Virus record (IMG/VR): IMGVR_UViG_3300021197_000621
Location: 1 to 44,812 of that record
Length of the DNA: 44,812 bases
Strand: one strand, 5' to 3'
DNA from: a virus
Lineage: Duplodnaviria; Caudoviricetes
Made by a program: the position numbers and the translations under genes. Below, one piece after another: positions 8,401-16,630 of the stretch (within the stretch, counting starts at the first letter, position 1; each line of letters begins with the position of its first letter). The notes below the pieces were generated by a model that worked only from the letters and a program-made list of their open reading frames with translations, did not search any database and had not been told where the DNA came from.

Positions 8401-10340
8401 AATGCCCTGACGCGACCTTGACTCAGAACCTGCTCACCTTCGAGGCGTGCAAGTTCACCGGTTTGAGGGCCTTCGATTGTGAGACCTGCGGACTCGTACA
8501 CCTCTGCGACAGTGCGACCTGATCGACGTGCTTGAGCGGTTGCCCATGCAGGCACTATCTGAGCCATGACTGATGCATTAGTGGAGTTCACCGCACCAGT
8601 GTCGATTAGTTGATCACGAACACTGGTGTAAATCTCTTGAGCCTCAACGTACTCAGACGCGTTCTCCTGTGCCTCAGCCATCAGGGTGTCGACGTAGGCT
8701 TCTGTCTCGACACGATGCTGCTCTTGTCTGAATGGTGAGATGGTCTCGTCACTCATCGTCATTGAGTCACGCAGCTCCGTGTATGTGTCAGTCCCAACGA
8801 TGTCGCCAGCGAACTCATCCACAGGGATCGCAACATCTGCACCGGTAGCACGAGACTCACGGGCTGCGTTACGCAATGCCTTGAGCGCTGGGTCTGCTTC
8901 AATCTCTTCGCGAGTTTTACCTTGGAGGTATAACGAGGTTTGAACTGCATCGATGTACACGTGGGTGTTATTCTCGCCGTCGGCATCCCTGACGAACTGT
9001 TTAAACGACTCTACATCACGCTCTCTCAGCTTAGACTTAGCGGCATCAACATTTAAGGCGTCGATGTTACGCTGCTCAATATCACCTTGAGACTCTCGGT
9101 TCTGTTCGGTCTCAGTCAGTTTATTAATTGTTTTATTAACAGCTGTGGCTGCTGTGATCTGTGCCCCACCAGCGACGACGGTGGCTACTGCTGTCACTGC
9201 TTGTCGACGCAACTGTATGGCGATGATCTCTTCGGCTGACTCAGCGTTCTCTAATTCTTTATCGAGGCCGAACATGAAGGAGTTGACTGTCTGTAAAGCT
9301 GTGGCAAGCTGCTCAGTCCCCATCTCCTGTACAACGAACTTCAGCGCATCCTTTTTCATGCCCGTACTTTTACCGGTCATCATGCGCTCAAGGGTGCCTG
9401 TAGGTAGTATTTCAGTACCGACCTCAATGGCTGCGTCAATGCTGGCAAACCACCGAGCTTCTTCAGGGGTCAACCCATCAGCGCGACTCTCACCATACGC
9501 ACTACTGAACGTCTGCGCACCGATAGTCAACAGTAGTGGTGCAGCCCGTCCCCCTGTCAGGATCGTCAGGCCTAAACCCGGTGCCATATTTGCCAGTGAC
9601 TCGACGCCTGCACGTACCCCTTCCTGTACGATGTTCAGGTCCTCTGGTGTCAGGTTCTTACGCTCTTTCTGTAACTCGGTGATCTCTCCGATGAGTCGAT
9701 CGCTAGCGTCTTTTTTCAACGCGTTGAGCTGTTCGTCTGTTTCAATACCAAAACTGGAAGCAAACTGCTTGGATAGGTCAGCCGGCTCGAAATTAAATCG
9801 ACTAGGGAGTGCTTGCGAGGGGATCAGCTCGTCAATGCGGTTGCGCATATCACCGAAACCGCTCAACGTTTGACGCTGGCCGTGCTCCTCGAAGCTGACG
9901 CGACTCTGATTCGACATACTCTCTACGCCAGTCAATGCCAAGCCGCGACCTTGCAACTCGAAGCCGATGCCAATGGACCGACCTATGCCCCGGAATGTAC
10001 GCTCAATGCCTTCGAGGACACCGTCGACGACATCCTCCTGCGCGAGAATAGGGTTGTTCATGTCTGCGGTCAGGAACTTCGATGTACCTGGCGATCTTTC
10101 AGCCATGCCTTCGAGGTTGATCCGGTCAAGCTTGAGTTTGTGCTGCACTTGCTCGGGGTTAGACTCGACCGCGAAAGCTGGCACACCAGACTCTTCGCTG
10201 AGCTTGGCTGTCTGTGCGAACTGGTCAGGGTTGACCTTGAGGGCCTCGTTCATGTTAGCGTTAAGTTGAACCTGCTGGTCTTCTTCTTCTTCGTTAATGC
10301 CGAAGCTACCTAAGTCAATCTTTTCCAGATCAAATGCCAT
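2481..10340 (-). CDS. Giant internal virion/ejection protein of polyvalent type: two ADP-ribosyltransferase-like domains, a GNAT acetyltransferase and an HExxH zincin-like peptidase
   Basis: 2619 aa at the T7 gp16 syntenic position; FHGT..GKGFFFT..DNPL..DGIIF (~7790-8420); LNKIIVPEDRRGQGTGS..FYKNVGF (~7430-7745); VYHGT..GAGFYFT..QNP..HDGVV..QIKS (~6340-6995); RGYY..TFLHEFAH (~6230-6320). Confidence 0.85.
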   Translation of the reverse strand: MAFDLEKIDLGSFGINEEEEDQQVQLNANMNEALKVNPDQFAQTAKLSEESGVPAFAVESNPEQVQHKLKLDRINLEGMAERSPGTSKFLTADMNNPILAQEDVVDGVLEGIERTFRGIGRSIGIGFELQGRGLALTGVESMSNQSRVSFEEHGQRQTLSGFGDMRNRIDELIPSQALPSRFNFEPADLSKQFASSFGIETDEQLNALKKDASDRLIGEITELQKERKNLTPEDLNIVQEGVRAGVESLANMAPGLGLTILTGGRAAPLLLTIGAQTFSSAYGESRADGLTPEEARWFASIDAAIEVGTEILPTGTLERMMTGKSTGMKKDALKFVVQEMGTEQLATALQTVNSFMFGLDKELENAESAEEIIAIQLRRQAVTAVATVVAGGAQITAATAVNKTINKLTETEQNRESQGDIEQRNIDALNVDAAKSKLRERDVESFKQFVRDADGENNTHVYIDAVQTSLYLQGKTREEIEADPALKALRNAARESRATGADVAIPVDEFAGDIVGTDTYTELRDSMTMSDETISPFRQEQHRVETEAYVDTLMAEAQENASEYVEAQEIYTSVRDQLIDTGAVNSTNASVMAQIVPAWATAQARRSGRTVAEVYESAGLTIEGPQTGELARLEGEQVLSQGRVRAFHGTGTRFDEFDESKLGAFTGAESAGKGFFFTSSQELADQFRTEAERQTADIPAIEQAIRDLTPEEITALYVESGLDDITPIDPDDMGQAVDDIVSALEDDLGEAGLEERTGIDSVIRRKIGDVHFTKGETKEVDLQLDNPLTVTFDPDAEIDEGAINNAIDEAQQAGNDGIIFKGMKDAAVVSERGEGAITSDVFFVFDKGQISQQGEQFTQVPVAQSARELQTSLINEFEGLKLSLNGTGNTVTLNKIIVPEDRRGQGTGSQVMQRILDWADQTGKTVALTPSKDFGGSLPRLKSFYKNVGFVDNKGKNTDFEISESLFREPKRPEVFAQAPLDNAALVDMDNQQLAVAAVRVDAGTPLFTEFDQETFPHVDQVKEESGKSIVLGFHNRIKTSYMLADGTLYRVHNKTGDITKVDEFEARTFLKNRIRSAQRKAEPQVEPQVEPQVEPQLVEAADIIGIADREEADTSTREFTQWFGDSVVSEDGKPLKVYHGTRATVDDSFVFDYSRIGQQGRAEGAGFYFTPSKSVADGYSDGGATLEVYLSIQNPIEFDQEGFRDEQLRDLITKVAEMEVAAEGISISDGFLSNFGDVNFEGLDAVVSQAAGLMESDTALDQLSSMVGAGVDVEIVNRAAQEVTGHDGVVSRGFSGSGGASDPLIYVAFFPEQIKSAQNLGAFDPTDPDIFKQQPDTGAARGYYDPANSVIRLTESADLSTFLHEFAHFMYEMEATGNTELNQGINNWYKRNSEEVAAEATKYLNGQYDPLKQGERSTESQQTVTEADVVNYLDSGATGSSDKDAAVRRAVHEQFARGFETYLMEGNAPSIELRNAFRTFARWLGQIYQALRGNLNVKLDAEMRQVFDRLLATEEQIAAAESRARVGPMFTDAAMAGMTEEEFSDYQKRQEKVKDVQTETLRDQMIKALTRKTKQWWKEERSDLADEELAKLRGERVYTSAARLRDGDLKLDHATVKEMAGEERTNKLGRTSVHIPGKLIGMTAKGQKGVHPDEAAAFFGYDSGSEMLADLMAAPPIKETAEANAEALMVERHGDVFTDGTIERQADEAVQNEERGKLILHELRVLARGTNQRTLDAQTMKSIAAERIGNLSFREIHPGKYRKAEINAAQEAARMLAEGNKDGAAQAKTRQALNYYLGMAATEAKNETVKIVDRMNRYSKKKVREEIMKAEGGYWDQIVKILERFEFKKSATLTEVDQVNQDINTWARERMDVDGDGLVLHNAVLNESYVTHWKNVAHSDLQGINDSVKNIEHVARYANKLTRMGEEIEFNKLVDRWVTSMDENVKTRFKSKRTDVVEGKKWGRWLMAQMTKIPFMASWLDGGERAGLSHQVLVQPFTDAYNAEIELWEKSGKPVMDLIEGRSKADMARHNRKIYIPAIDDNLYGHQILAVALNTGNAGNLRKLLLGEKWADPDVDTEITLQNPKLQAVLSHMTESDWQMVQSIWDQMGTLYPQLAEVHRRTTGLTPPKVESTPVETRFGTFRGGYYPVKYDPNRSIKAAQNEDRLNAETESMFSNNASIQTSVNTGSTNERTGFYDAIRLSLDVVPAHFQETIHYITHHDPVREINRLTRDSRVAKTIKEKLGPEEYAQLKPWLNDIAKDGREAPTKMFWDDILQRLRFGVTLGAMGFKASTGIIQISGLPNTIAEVGMANTMQSMRSILGSETTIKQAWDFAIENSKVLEHRAQTMDREIKNAMKRLESKRGLLAATQEASMKHIALIQTYMVDLPSWHAAYIKGMKDWGDETRSFQYADWVIENVQGSGATKDLARIMRGQSETGRMFTMFMTFFSSLWNLERDLVKGAKSGAYSTTSVAAKAMFLFTIPVLFEMMMRGEFAKEDEEPEELLQTMLTKTAMYPVQSVPFVRDIANAVTGDFGYNISPMQSIIEQGTRTIPQVVERGFTDEDITKGQVKGATKFIGAAVGIPGTGQAWATGEHLYDVIAEGEEFTMHQLLFGPERK
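7050..7095. repeat. 12-bp tandem repeat (TTGAGGCTCTAC, ~3.8 copies) encoding an EPQV linker
   Basis: Read directly; in-frame, between domains of the giant protein. Confidence 0.95.
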
Positions 10341-11974
10341 TATTGAGTCGCCTGTCGTTGTGCTTTGAGTAGGTTATCCGCAGTCACCGGAATGCCATTA
10401 TCACGCAAGAATTTGCTTAAAATCTTCACGTTCGCGGGTTCGATGTCTGTGATATTTTGTTCTACATCTGGGGCAAGGAAATCAACGCCAAATGCACTTC
10501 TCTCAATAGTAACCTCGCGAGTGAGATCTGACAACACAGTCGTGTATTCTTCAGATGTCAATGAACTACCTTTTTGGCTTTCACGGTGCTTGACCTCACC
10601 GTCTAACAGGTCGTAGAAAGCATCTGCTTGCATCCGCTTCTCGTCGTTCCATTTACTTTTCTTACCGAGTACCTGCTCCACAGCGGCTGTGGTCTGGGCA
10701 CTGCGAGTGCGGCCTACTTGGTGATCTATCTTGTCAGCAGTTGACCCCTTACCCTGGGCACTCTTGACGGCACTTACGAGGCTTTTACGCTCCGCAGGTG
10801 CTAACTCGTAGAACTCATCGGCGGGATTGACTTTCGCTAACTCCTCTCTAGGTAGCATCATGAGGTCTGAGTATTTGTTCCAGTTGGTGACGATAGCTTT
10901 ACCTGACTCAATGCTGCTCCTCTGTTTAGACGAGAGTCGCTCCCACCCTTCAGGGTCTTCCGCTTGGAAAGTCTCGGCGGAGCCGCCCTCGATGATGTGA
11001 GATTCAGCCCTGTCAAACGCTTCGACTTGAGCTTCACTCTCGCCTTGCTTCTTCAGGTTGAACTGTCGCATAGCTTCGGTCATGGTTTTCTTTCGAAGCG
11101 CAGCGTCCTCGATTCCGTTCACCTGCTCTCGGATGTCTTCACGGCTGTCATAGGTGTCCACCATCTTAGCGCCTACCAGAATAGCCTGCTGAGAGTCTGA
11201 CTGTAGCTTCTCGGCGTTCGCTTTGGCTGCGATACTTTTCTCGATCTTGATGCGATCGGGGCCTTCAAGTCTCGCGCCGTGCTTCTCTAACATAGCGGCG
11301 CCTTCTTCTGCACTGTTAGCCGTGGCTGATGTTATTGCCGTTTTAGCGAATGACGAGTCAAACGTCTGTAAACGCTCATTAGTTGCTTCGGGACCAATGC
11401 CCTCCATGTCAGCGGCGTCGATGACTGCCTGACGGCCAACCGCGTTCTGGACCGCTAACTGGTCAGGTTGGTTCCAGTACAACGACGCGTTCTCTATGGT
11501 GTTCTCAACCTGAGACCTGACAGTCGCAACTTCCCAAGACTTCAGTCCTTTAGCAGAGTGGCGCATGATGTCAGCCTGCCCACGTGCGATGTACACGTCA
11601 GCCGATTTATCAAACATTGAGCGGGCATTCTGACCTAAAGACTCACCGTACTGATCCTTGAGCTTACTCAGTGCCTCATTAGTGGCGTCAGCGTTATCAA
11701 ACGCATTTTTGCCTTGAGTATTGAAGTACCCATTCTCGGGATTAAAGAATAGATTATTCTTGTCTCGCTCAAATGCCACCAGCGCCTCTTCAGCGGATGT
11801 GGTGTCAATGCGCTGTACGATCTGCGCGCCTGCCTGTGCCGCTGTCGCAAGCCCCTGAGCGGCTTGTATATTCGATTTAAAGACTGCGTTACCGGCGGCA
11901 GCGCTCGCACGAGGTTGTCGTGTCACCTCAGTCCTGACTTGGTTACCTTCGTAAGTTGCTACTGTAGGCATCAT
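10340..11974 (-). CDS. Internal virion protein (ejectosome, T7 gp15-like position)
   Basis: 544 aa, helical and Ala/Glu/Gln-rich; MP.V.TY N-terminus; synteny between gp14-like gene and giant protein. Confidence 0.7.
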   Translation of the reverse strand: MMPTVATYEGNQVRTEVTRQPRASAAAGNAVFKSNIQAAQGLATAAQAGAQIVQRIDTTSAEEALVAFERDKNNLFFNPENGYFNTQGKNAFDNADATNEALSKLKDQYGESLGQNARSMFDKSADVYIARGQADIMRHSAKGLKSWEVATVRSQVENTIENASLYWNQPDQLAVQNAVGRQAVIDAADMEGIGPEATNERLQTFDSSFAKTAITSATANSAEEGAAMLEKHGARLEGPDRIKIEKSIAAKANAEKLQSDSQQAILVGAKMVDTYDSREDIREQVNGIEDAALRKKTMTEAMRQFNLKKQGESEAQVEAFDRAESHIIEGGSAETFQAEDPEGWERLSSKQRSSIESGKAIVTNWNKYSDLMMLPREELAKVNPADEFYELAPAERKSLVSAVKSAQGKGSTADKIDHQVGRTRSAQTTAAVEQVLGKKSKWNDEKRMQADAFYDLLDGEVKHRESQKGSSLTSEEYTTVLSDLTREVTIERSAFGVDFLAPDVEQNITDIEPANVKILSKFLRDNGIPVTADNLLKAQRQATQ

Positions 11975-12501
11975 AGACCTCCAGTATTAGGTGAAACTGC
12001 TGCACTCTGCGGAGTGAACCACCTACTTGACACACCAGTGGGTCGAGACAATCCTACCGCATTGCCTGCCCCTGTCAGTAAGGTCCCTACTGCGGCAGAC
12101 TGCCCTGCTGATTCGGCGAATGCCCCCTCACTCAATGTTAAGTCTGCGCCAGTCTCAAGGGCTTCGGCTCTACTCTCAAAATTACTACGGATGCGAAGGG
12201 CGTCAGCCTCTCCGAGTGCCTGTGTATCTTCTTGCAATTGTAGTGCTGACCCTGATGACAGATCGACGTTCGCCGCGCCTAGTTGGGCTCGTTGTTTGGA
12301 CAGAAGCTCTGCGGTTCTGCGTCGCTGTACATTCTCTTCCTCAACACCCACGCTTCTAACATCTTCCGCCTCATTCTCTGCCACTCGGGCATTGTACTCT
12401 GCGGTAGCCTTTTGGAATTGACCCTGTTTACGCTGTTGCTGTGCCGTAAAAGCGGCGGATGCTACTGCTGTCACAGCCAAAATTGTAGTAGGTTCGCACA
12501 T
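11971..12501 (-). CDS. Internal virion protein (T7 gp14-like)
   Basis: MCEPTTILAVTAVASAA N-terminus, Q/A-rich coiled region, G-rich hydrophobic C-terminus; synteny. Confidence 0.75.
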   Translation of the reverse strand: MCEPTTILAVTAVASAAFTAQQQRKQGQFQKATAEYNARVAENEAEDVRSVGVEEENVQRRRTAELLSKQRAQLGAANVDLSSGSALQLQEDTQALGEADALRIRSNFESRAEALETGADLTLSEGAFAESAGQSAAVGTLLTGAGNAVGLSRPTGVSSRWFTPQSAAVSPNTGGL

Positions 12502-12962
12502 TAACGTGACCTCTCTAAATGGAATCGGTGGAAAAGCTCACCATCAGGTCCGTGCGGTGTGGGCTCTTCTATAGTGAACCCTAACCACTTCAGCCACATG
12601 ATGCTGCTTGTGTTCTTACTATGCACCATGTTACACAAACGAGGGCATACAGTCAGCATCTCATCAATAATAGGTTTTGTCTGTTTAAAGAATTCTTTCT
12701 TGTGCTTCAGTGCTCTGTTAGCACCCAGCATCCACACGACACCACTGCCTGTCAGTACGTCCCTCTTAACGAGACCAATCATCACCAGTGGCTCCCCTTC
12801 GTACACGGCCACCGTCACGAGGTCAGACACACCCCAACCCTTCTCCAGCGACTCCAGTGGTTGGTGGTGGTTCGATGCCCACACCTCATCAATGTCCGCC
12901 TGTCGCATGTCCATGGCTATGGACTCAACCAGATCCTGCGTAGGCTTTACCCATTCGATCAT
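12501..12962 (-). CDS. T7 gp13-like virion assembly protein (GNAT-like fold)
   Basis: MRQADIDEV..G.VWMLG..N.VH.KN..SI.WLKWLGF pattern; follows tail tube B. Confidence 0.75.
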   Translation of the reverse strand: MIEWVKPTQDLVESIAMDMRQADIDEVWASNHHQPLESLEKGWGVSDLVTVAVYEGEPLVMIGLVKRDVLTGSGVVWMLGANRALKHKKEFFKQTKPIIDEMLTVCPRLCNMVHSKNTSSIMWLKWLGFTIEEPTPHGPDGELFHRFHLERSR

Positions 12963-15283
12963 CAGTTACCTCCTACATCTACTTGAGGGATCACTGAGAG
13001 TATAGCCATAGGGAGTGGCGCACGCTGTTCGATCCTAACACCGCCGCCCTTCGACCACTGAGGCTCGATGAACACGTCCGACTTAAACGTCTTCAAAGCC
13101 AAGACGTCGTAATTATCTGAGTCGTATCTAGGTTTAATCTCGCTCATGATGGGGTAGTCCCCATTGTCTTTGCGAGGCCCTACGAACCCTCCTCGCGAAC
13201 TCTCCACCTCTAACGTGACTTTAGACACTGACACCGACTGCGCTTTCAGGGTGTCCACCGACGACACTCTGTCTAAGTCTAGGGTTTCTATGGTGGGTGT
13301 GTAGCTCAGTCCTACGTGGACTTTGGATGCCGCCCGTGGGAGTGTTATGGTACCTGACGCAACGACTTGGTCGGGTATGGTGTACCCATCTGTTAGGATC
13401 GACACTGTCAATCCTTCAAGGTGATCGAGGCCACTGATGATAGTGGCTGGTGTACCATCATATGATAGGCCAGAGTCTAAGTAGAAACAATCTTCGGCGA
13501 GAGTAGACTCCCTCTTCTCCAACCTCTCGACGTAGCGTACATCCATGCCGTTGACGTTGCGCTTAACAATCACATACACTGCGTCACGACCATCCTCATT
13601 GATCGTCGCTACCGACTCGAATACCCCTTTAGTGTCGTGTTGATGCCAGCCGACAACACCCTGCTCCCTTTGGTACGTTAGTCCAAGGAGGATGCCATCG
13701 TCTCTGACACACCAGACGACATTGTAGGGCTCTGCCGCGTAAGCCATCGCCGTAACCTGTTTACCCTCGAATAGGTGCTCCGACATGATCGACAGGTCAG
13801 TCCCTGTGTACTTATCACTGTTGAACTCATACCCTAAGTCTCGCACTCTCGCCCCTTTTTCTTGGAGAAACAGCGCGGTACTGTTGATCACAACAGGCGG
13901 TACGATTGAGCACCCGTTATATGACTGTATTCGCACTCCAATGGTCGACGGTGTTAGTACACGATTCTGTCCCTCGGTCACGATCCACTCCCCGCCAGAC
14001 GTCAACAGTATCAGCGAGTCCAAGGCTAGCAAATGCCGGATCTCGTTTACTTGCTGCGCTGCGATTGTGAAGGTCACAGCGTCGTCGTCTCTGGCAGGGT
14101 TAGACGTGCGCAGAGATTTAAAGTTGTTAGTTTGTGTGGTGTAGGCTGCTTGTGGCTCATTTATCGTGTTAGCGAACACTTGACGCTGTTGATAGTACGT
14201 CACGGCTGAGGGTTTGTTGCCTACTCCTGTGAAAGGTTGCCTGTCTATTGGTGGCGCATCACTGGTTATCGGCGCGATGTTATAGTCATCGAATGAGTTG
14301 TTATTTGAGTCACCTATCCACCCGTATATGGCAGTCCCCACAGAAGGGTCTTTGTAAACTCGGTAATACTCAGCCTCAGCCACAGCGTCCCATGCGAGAC
14401 GTATGCCGCCTGTCTGCGAAAGGGATTTAGTAATAATACCAGTCTCTGCTGATGCTAGGGACTCTATGCCTGCGGCGTCCACGGCGGTCACCACATATGT
14501 GTAGGTTTTATTAAAGTCACCGAAACCGCTGCCGATCGTGGTAGCACCATTCTGTCGGCTAGCTGTACCGCCCGAAACGTAGGCACTGTGGCCTGACGAG
14601 TCTTCTCCATCAAGCTGGAATGTGTTCGCCGACAGGAACGTGACAGTGAACGTGCGACCATTCAGTTCGGTCATTCCTACGACGGCATCAATGGCGATCA
14701 GATTGCCTGTTACAAATCCGTGCCCTACTGCCGTCACGACCGCAGGGTTTGATTGCGACACACCCGTGATGGCTCTCACTGTGGAGCCTGCACTGAACAC
14801 CGGTGTCTCGACACTCGGTGAGTAGTCCACCGCGGTGAGGGTCCAGTTGTCGTCTGCTAAGCGGCTGAGGTTCGAGGGGTCATGTTCTGGGTGGACGATG
14901 GTCATGACGTCCGCGCTCTGTGTGAAAACGAGACGTGATAGCTGTGCCTCAGTGTAAGGTGTGGCGAGTTCGAATATTGAAGGCCCACCGCCTGCTAGTA
15001 CAAAGCCGCCGTCTTTGATAACTCGCACTTTGAGGTGTTCAAATACCAGCATGTATGTCTGTTCTGTGTTGAAACTGAAGGGTATTAATCTGCCTCTCTT
15101 TGTGGAGTCCTTGAGCGCACCAATGAATCGGAGTCCTGGTCTGGAGTACGCTCCCCCTTGCGCTCTTACAAAAAAGTTCTTACACAGGTTGAGTCCATTG
15201 GCGTAACTGGTGAGGTCTGCGCGAGACTGAAGGGCTGGTGTTATCTCCCCTGCTGTGAAACTACGTTGAATGGTTTGTGGCAT
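12962..15283 (-). CDS. Tail tubular protein B (nozzle)
   Basis: 773 aa; QRSFTAGEITP..R.D..Y N-terminus, RLIPF.F, P.AV.YYQQR, GWHQH motifs. Confidence 0.9.
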   Translation of the reverse strand: MPQTIQRSFTAGEITPALQSRADLTSYANGLNLCKNFFVRAQGGAYSRPGLRFIGALKDSTKRGRLIPFSFNTEQTYMLVFEHLKVRVIKDGGFVLAGGGPSIFELATPYTEAQLSRLVFTQSADVMTIVHPEHDPSNLSRLADDNWTLTAVDYSPSVETPVFSAGSTVRAITGVSQSNPAVVTAVGHGFVTGNLIAIDAVVGMTELNGRTFTVTFLSANTFQLDGEDSSGHSAYVSGGTASRQNGATTIGSGFGDFNKTYTYVVTAVDAAGIESLASAETGIITKSLSQTGGIRLAWDAVAEAEYYRVYKDPSVGTAIYGWIGDSNNNSFDDYNIAPITSDAPPIDRQPFTGVGNKPSAVTYYQQRQVFANTINEPQAAYTTQTNNFKSLRTSNPARDDDAVTFTIAAQQVNEIRHLLALDSLILLTSGGEWIVTEGQNRVLTPSTIGVRIQSYNGCSIVPPVVINSTALFLQEKGARVRDLGYEFNSDKYTGTDLSIMSEHLFEGKQVTAMAYAAEPYNVVWCVRDDGILLGLTYQREQGVVGWHQHDTKGVFESVATINEDGRDAVYVIVKRNVNGMDVRYVERLEKRESTLAEDCFYLDSGLSYDGTPATIISGLDHLEGLTVSILTDGYTIPDQVVASGTITLPRAASKVHVGLSYTPTIETLDLDRVSSVDTLKAQSVSVSKVTLEVESSRGGFVGPRKDNGDYPIMSEIKPRYDSDNYDVLALKTFKSDVFIEPQWSKGGGVRIEQRAPLPMAILSVIPQVDVGGN

Positions 15284-15286
15284 GGC

Positions 15287-15943
15287 CTAATTCCTAGTTG
15301 TGACAAAGTCGCTTTCTCTCGCTTCAAGGTATTGGTCATTCATATCTGATGCAAGCGCTGATGCCAGATATTGCTTATATAATTGCAGAGAGTCGTTTCT
15401 CAAGGCTCTACCCAGTTCGGCTCCCACAATTGGTATGGCTACCTCTGACGATATCAGATGTGACAACGCCATGATGAAGTCATCGCTGAACAAGTTTGGG
15501 TCTGTAATCTTGCCTGCGAAGTCTATACGTAGGTCAGGTTGATCAGACCCTATCAGCTTCACACCGTCTACGTTGAACACTTCGTAAGGTATCTGTTGGC
15601 GAAAACCTCTCACAGGCAGGACGCGGCTGTCCAACAGCCTCGACGCTACGTCCGCACTTCCAGCGGGGATTTCTTCGTAAGAACCTATGAGCCTGCGAAT
15701 CTTCAGACAATCAACCGGGTACGAGTACGTATACGCCCAGTTAAACACGTCTGCTGTCACCGATGCGAGGGGCTTTATCATGTGGTTGAACTGCCACGGT
15801 ATTTCCCGCAGACATCGATCCCGTAGTATGTTGTATTTAAGCTTACACACTTGAGCCTGTACACTGTTCTCATTGAATGAGTTGATACTACCAGCGCGGA
15901 TGTTACTTAGGGCAAAGTTGCATATCTCGACATCAGAAGCCAT
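15287..15943 (-). CDS. Tail tubular protein A (gatekeeper/adaptor)
   Basis: S.VEICN.ALS.I..., PW.F, Y.YP.DCLKI motifs; upstream of nozzle. Confidence 0.85.
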   Translation of the reverse strand: MASDVEICNFALSNIRAGSINSFNENSVQAQVCKLKYNILRDRCLREIPWQFNHMIKPLASVTADVFNWAYTYSYPVDCLKIRRLIGSYEEIPAGSADVASRLLDSRVLPVRGFRQQIPYEVFNVDGVKLIGSDQPDLRIDFAGKITDPNLFSDDFIMALSHLISSEVAIPIVGAELGRALRNDSLQLYKQYLASALASDMNDQYLEARESDFVTTRN

Positions 15944-15954
15944 GTGTCACCTCG

Positions 15955-16266
15955 CTACGAGTTAGGGCCATAAAGCTGCTCAACACGGTCGCCCGTCTCT
16001 CTGCTCAGCTTCACCGACGTCAGCTGTAAACCCAGTGACTTGCTGCTGTGATCGGTGCTGGTGTGCTCCGATTTTCGATTCACAAACGCGAACGCCCTGA
16101 CTTCGACGACGTCTCCTACTGCAAGGTTCTCAGCTCCCAACTCTTCGATCATATCATCGTCGAAGTCTAGGCTGGTCCCATAAGGGTAGTATCCATCGTC
16201 GGAACTGCGAACCATGTCGTCAGACTCATGAGTTTCTTTTTTGATCTTAACTTGATCTTCAGGCAT
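15955..16266 (-). CDS. Capsid staple-like virion protein
   Basis: YPYG.SL.FD..IEELG...VGD.V pattern; lies in the head-tail region. Confidence 0.6.
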   Translation of the reverse strand: MPEDQVKIKKETHESDDMVRSSDDGYYPYGTSLDFDDDMIEELGAENLAVGDVVEVRAFAFVNRKSEHTSTDHSSKSLGLQLTSVKLSRETGDRVEQLYGPNS

Positions 16267-16275
16267 GGGTCACCT

Positions 16276-16581
16276 CTATAGGGTTTCAACAGCACTAGTG
16301 TTAGCGACTTCGCCTTCACCAAGGAACGACGCTTCCGTGATCGCTTTCTGGTCTTCTTCGGCTTTTTTCTGGGCTGCGTTGGCGGCTCTCGTTGCGGCTG
16401 CTTTACGAGCAGAAACCTGTTGAGGTGTCAACTCCTCAGCCGCCTCAAGCCACGAAGGTACGTTCTCTTTACCGCCCTTCGACGGGAAGGGTTTGTCTGT
16501 ATGTAGTTCTCGGCGTTTACCTTTTGGGTCGTACATCTTACCGCCGTGGAACCCTTTACCGACTACTTTATAGCTTGGCAT
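16276..16581 (-). CDS. Hypothetical virion-associated protein
   Basis: 101-aa ORF with GGAG RBS, colinear within the structural operon. Confidence 0.7.
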   Translation of the reverse strand: MPSYKVVGKGFHGGKMYDPKGKRRELHTDKPFPSKGGKENVPSWLEAAEELTPQQVSARKAAATRAANAAQKKAEEDQKAITEASFLGEGEVANTSAVETL

Positions 16582-16593
16582 ATCGTTACTCCG

Positions 16594-16617
16594 ACAAAGG
16601 TGGGGCCGTGCCCCACC
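16594..16617 (-). terminator. Probable attenuating terminator after the capsid/cement genes
   Basis: GGTGGGGC-ACG-GCCCCACC perfect 8-bp stem followed by a short TTTGT tract. Confidence 0.6.
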
Positions 16618-16630
16618 ATAAATTCATCAA

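Noticed and set aside
6480-10313. Long plus-strand ORFs opposite the giant gene (258, 242 and 166 aa)
   Set aside because: Antisense shadows with no motifs or RBS, expected from codon bias of the real minus-strand gene
14555-14780. Ubiquitin-like conjugation system suggested by the E1-FCCH-like domain
   Set aside because: It is an isolated structural insert in the nozzle; no E1 adenylation domain, E2 or Ubl genes are present
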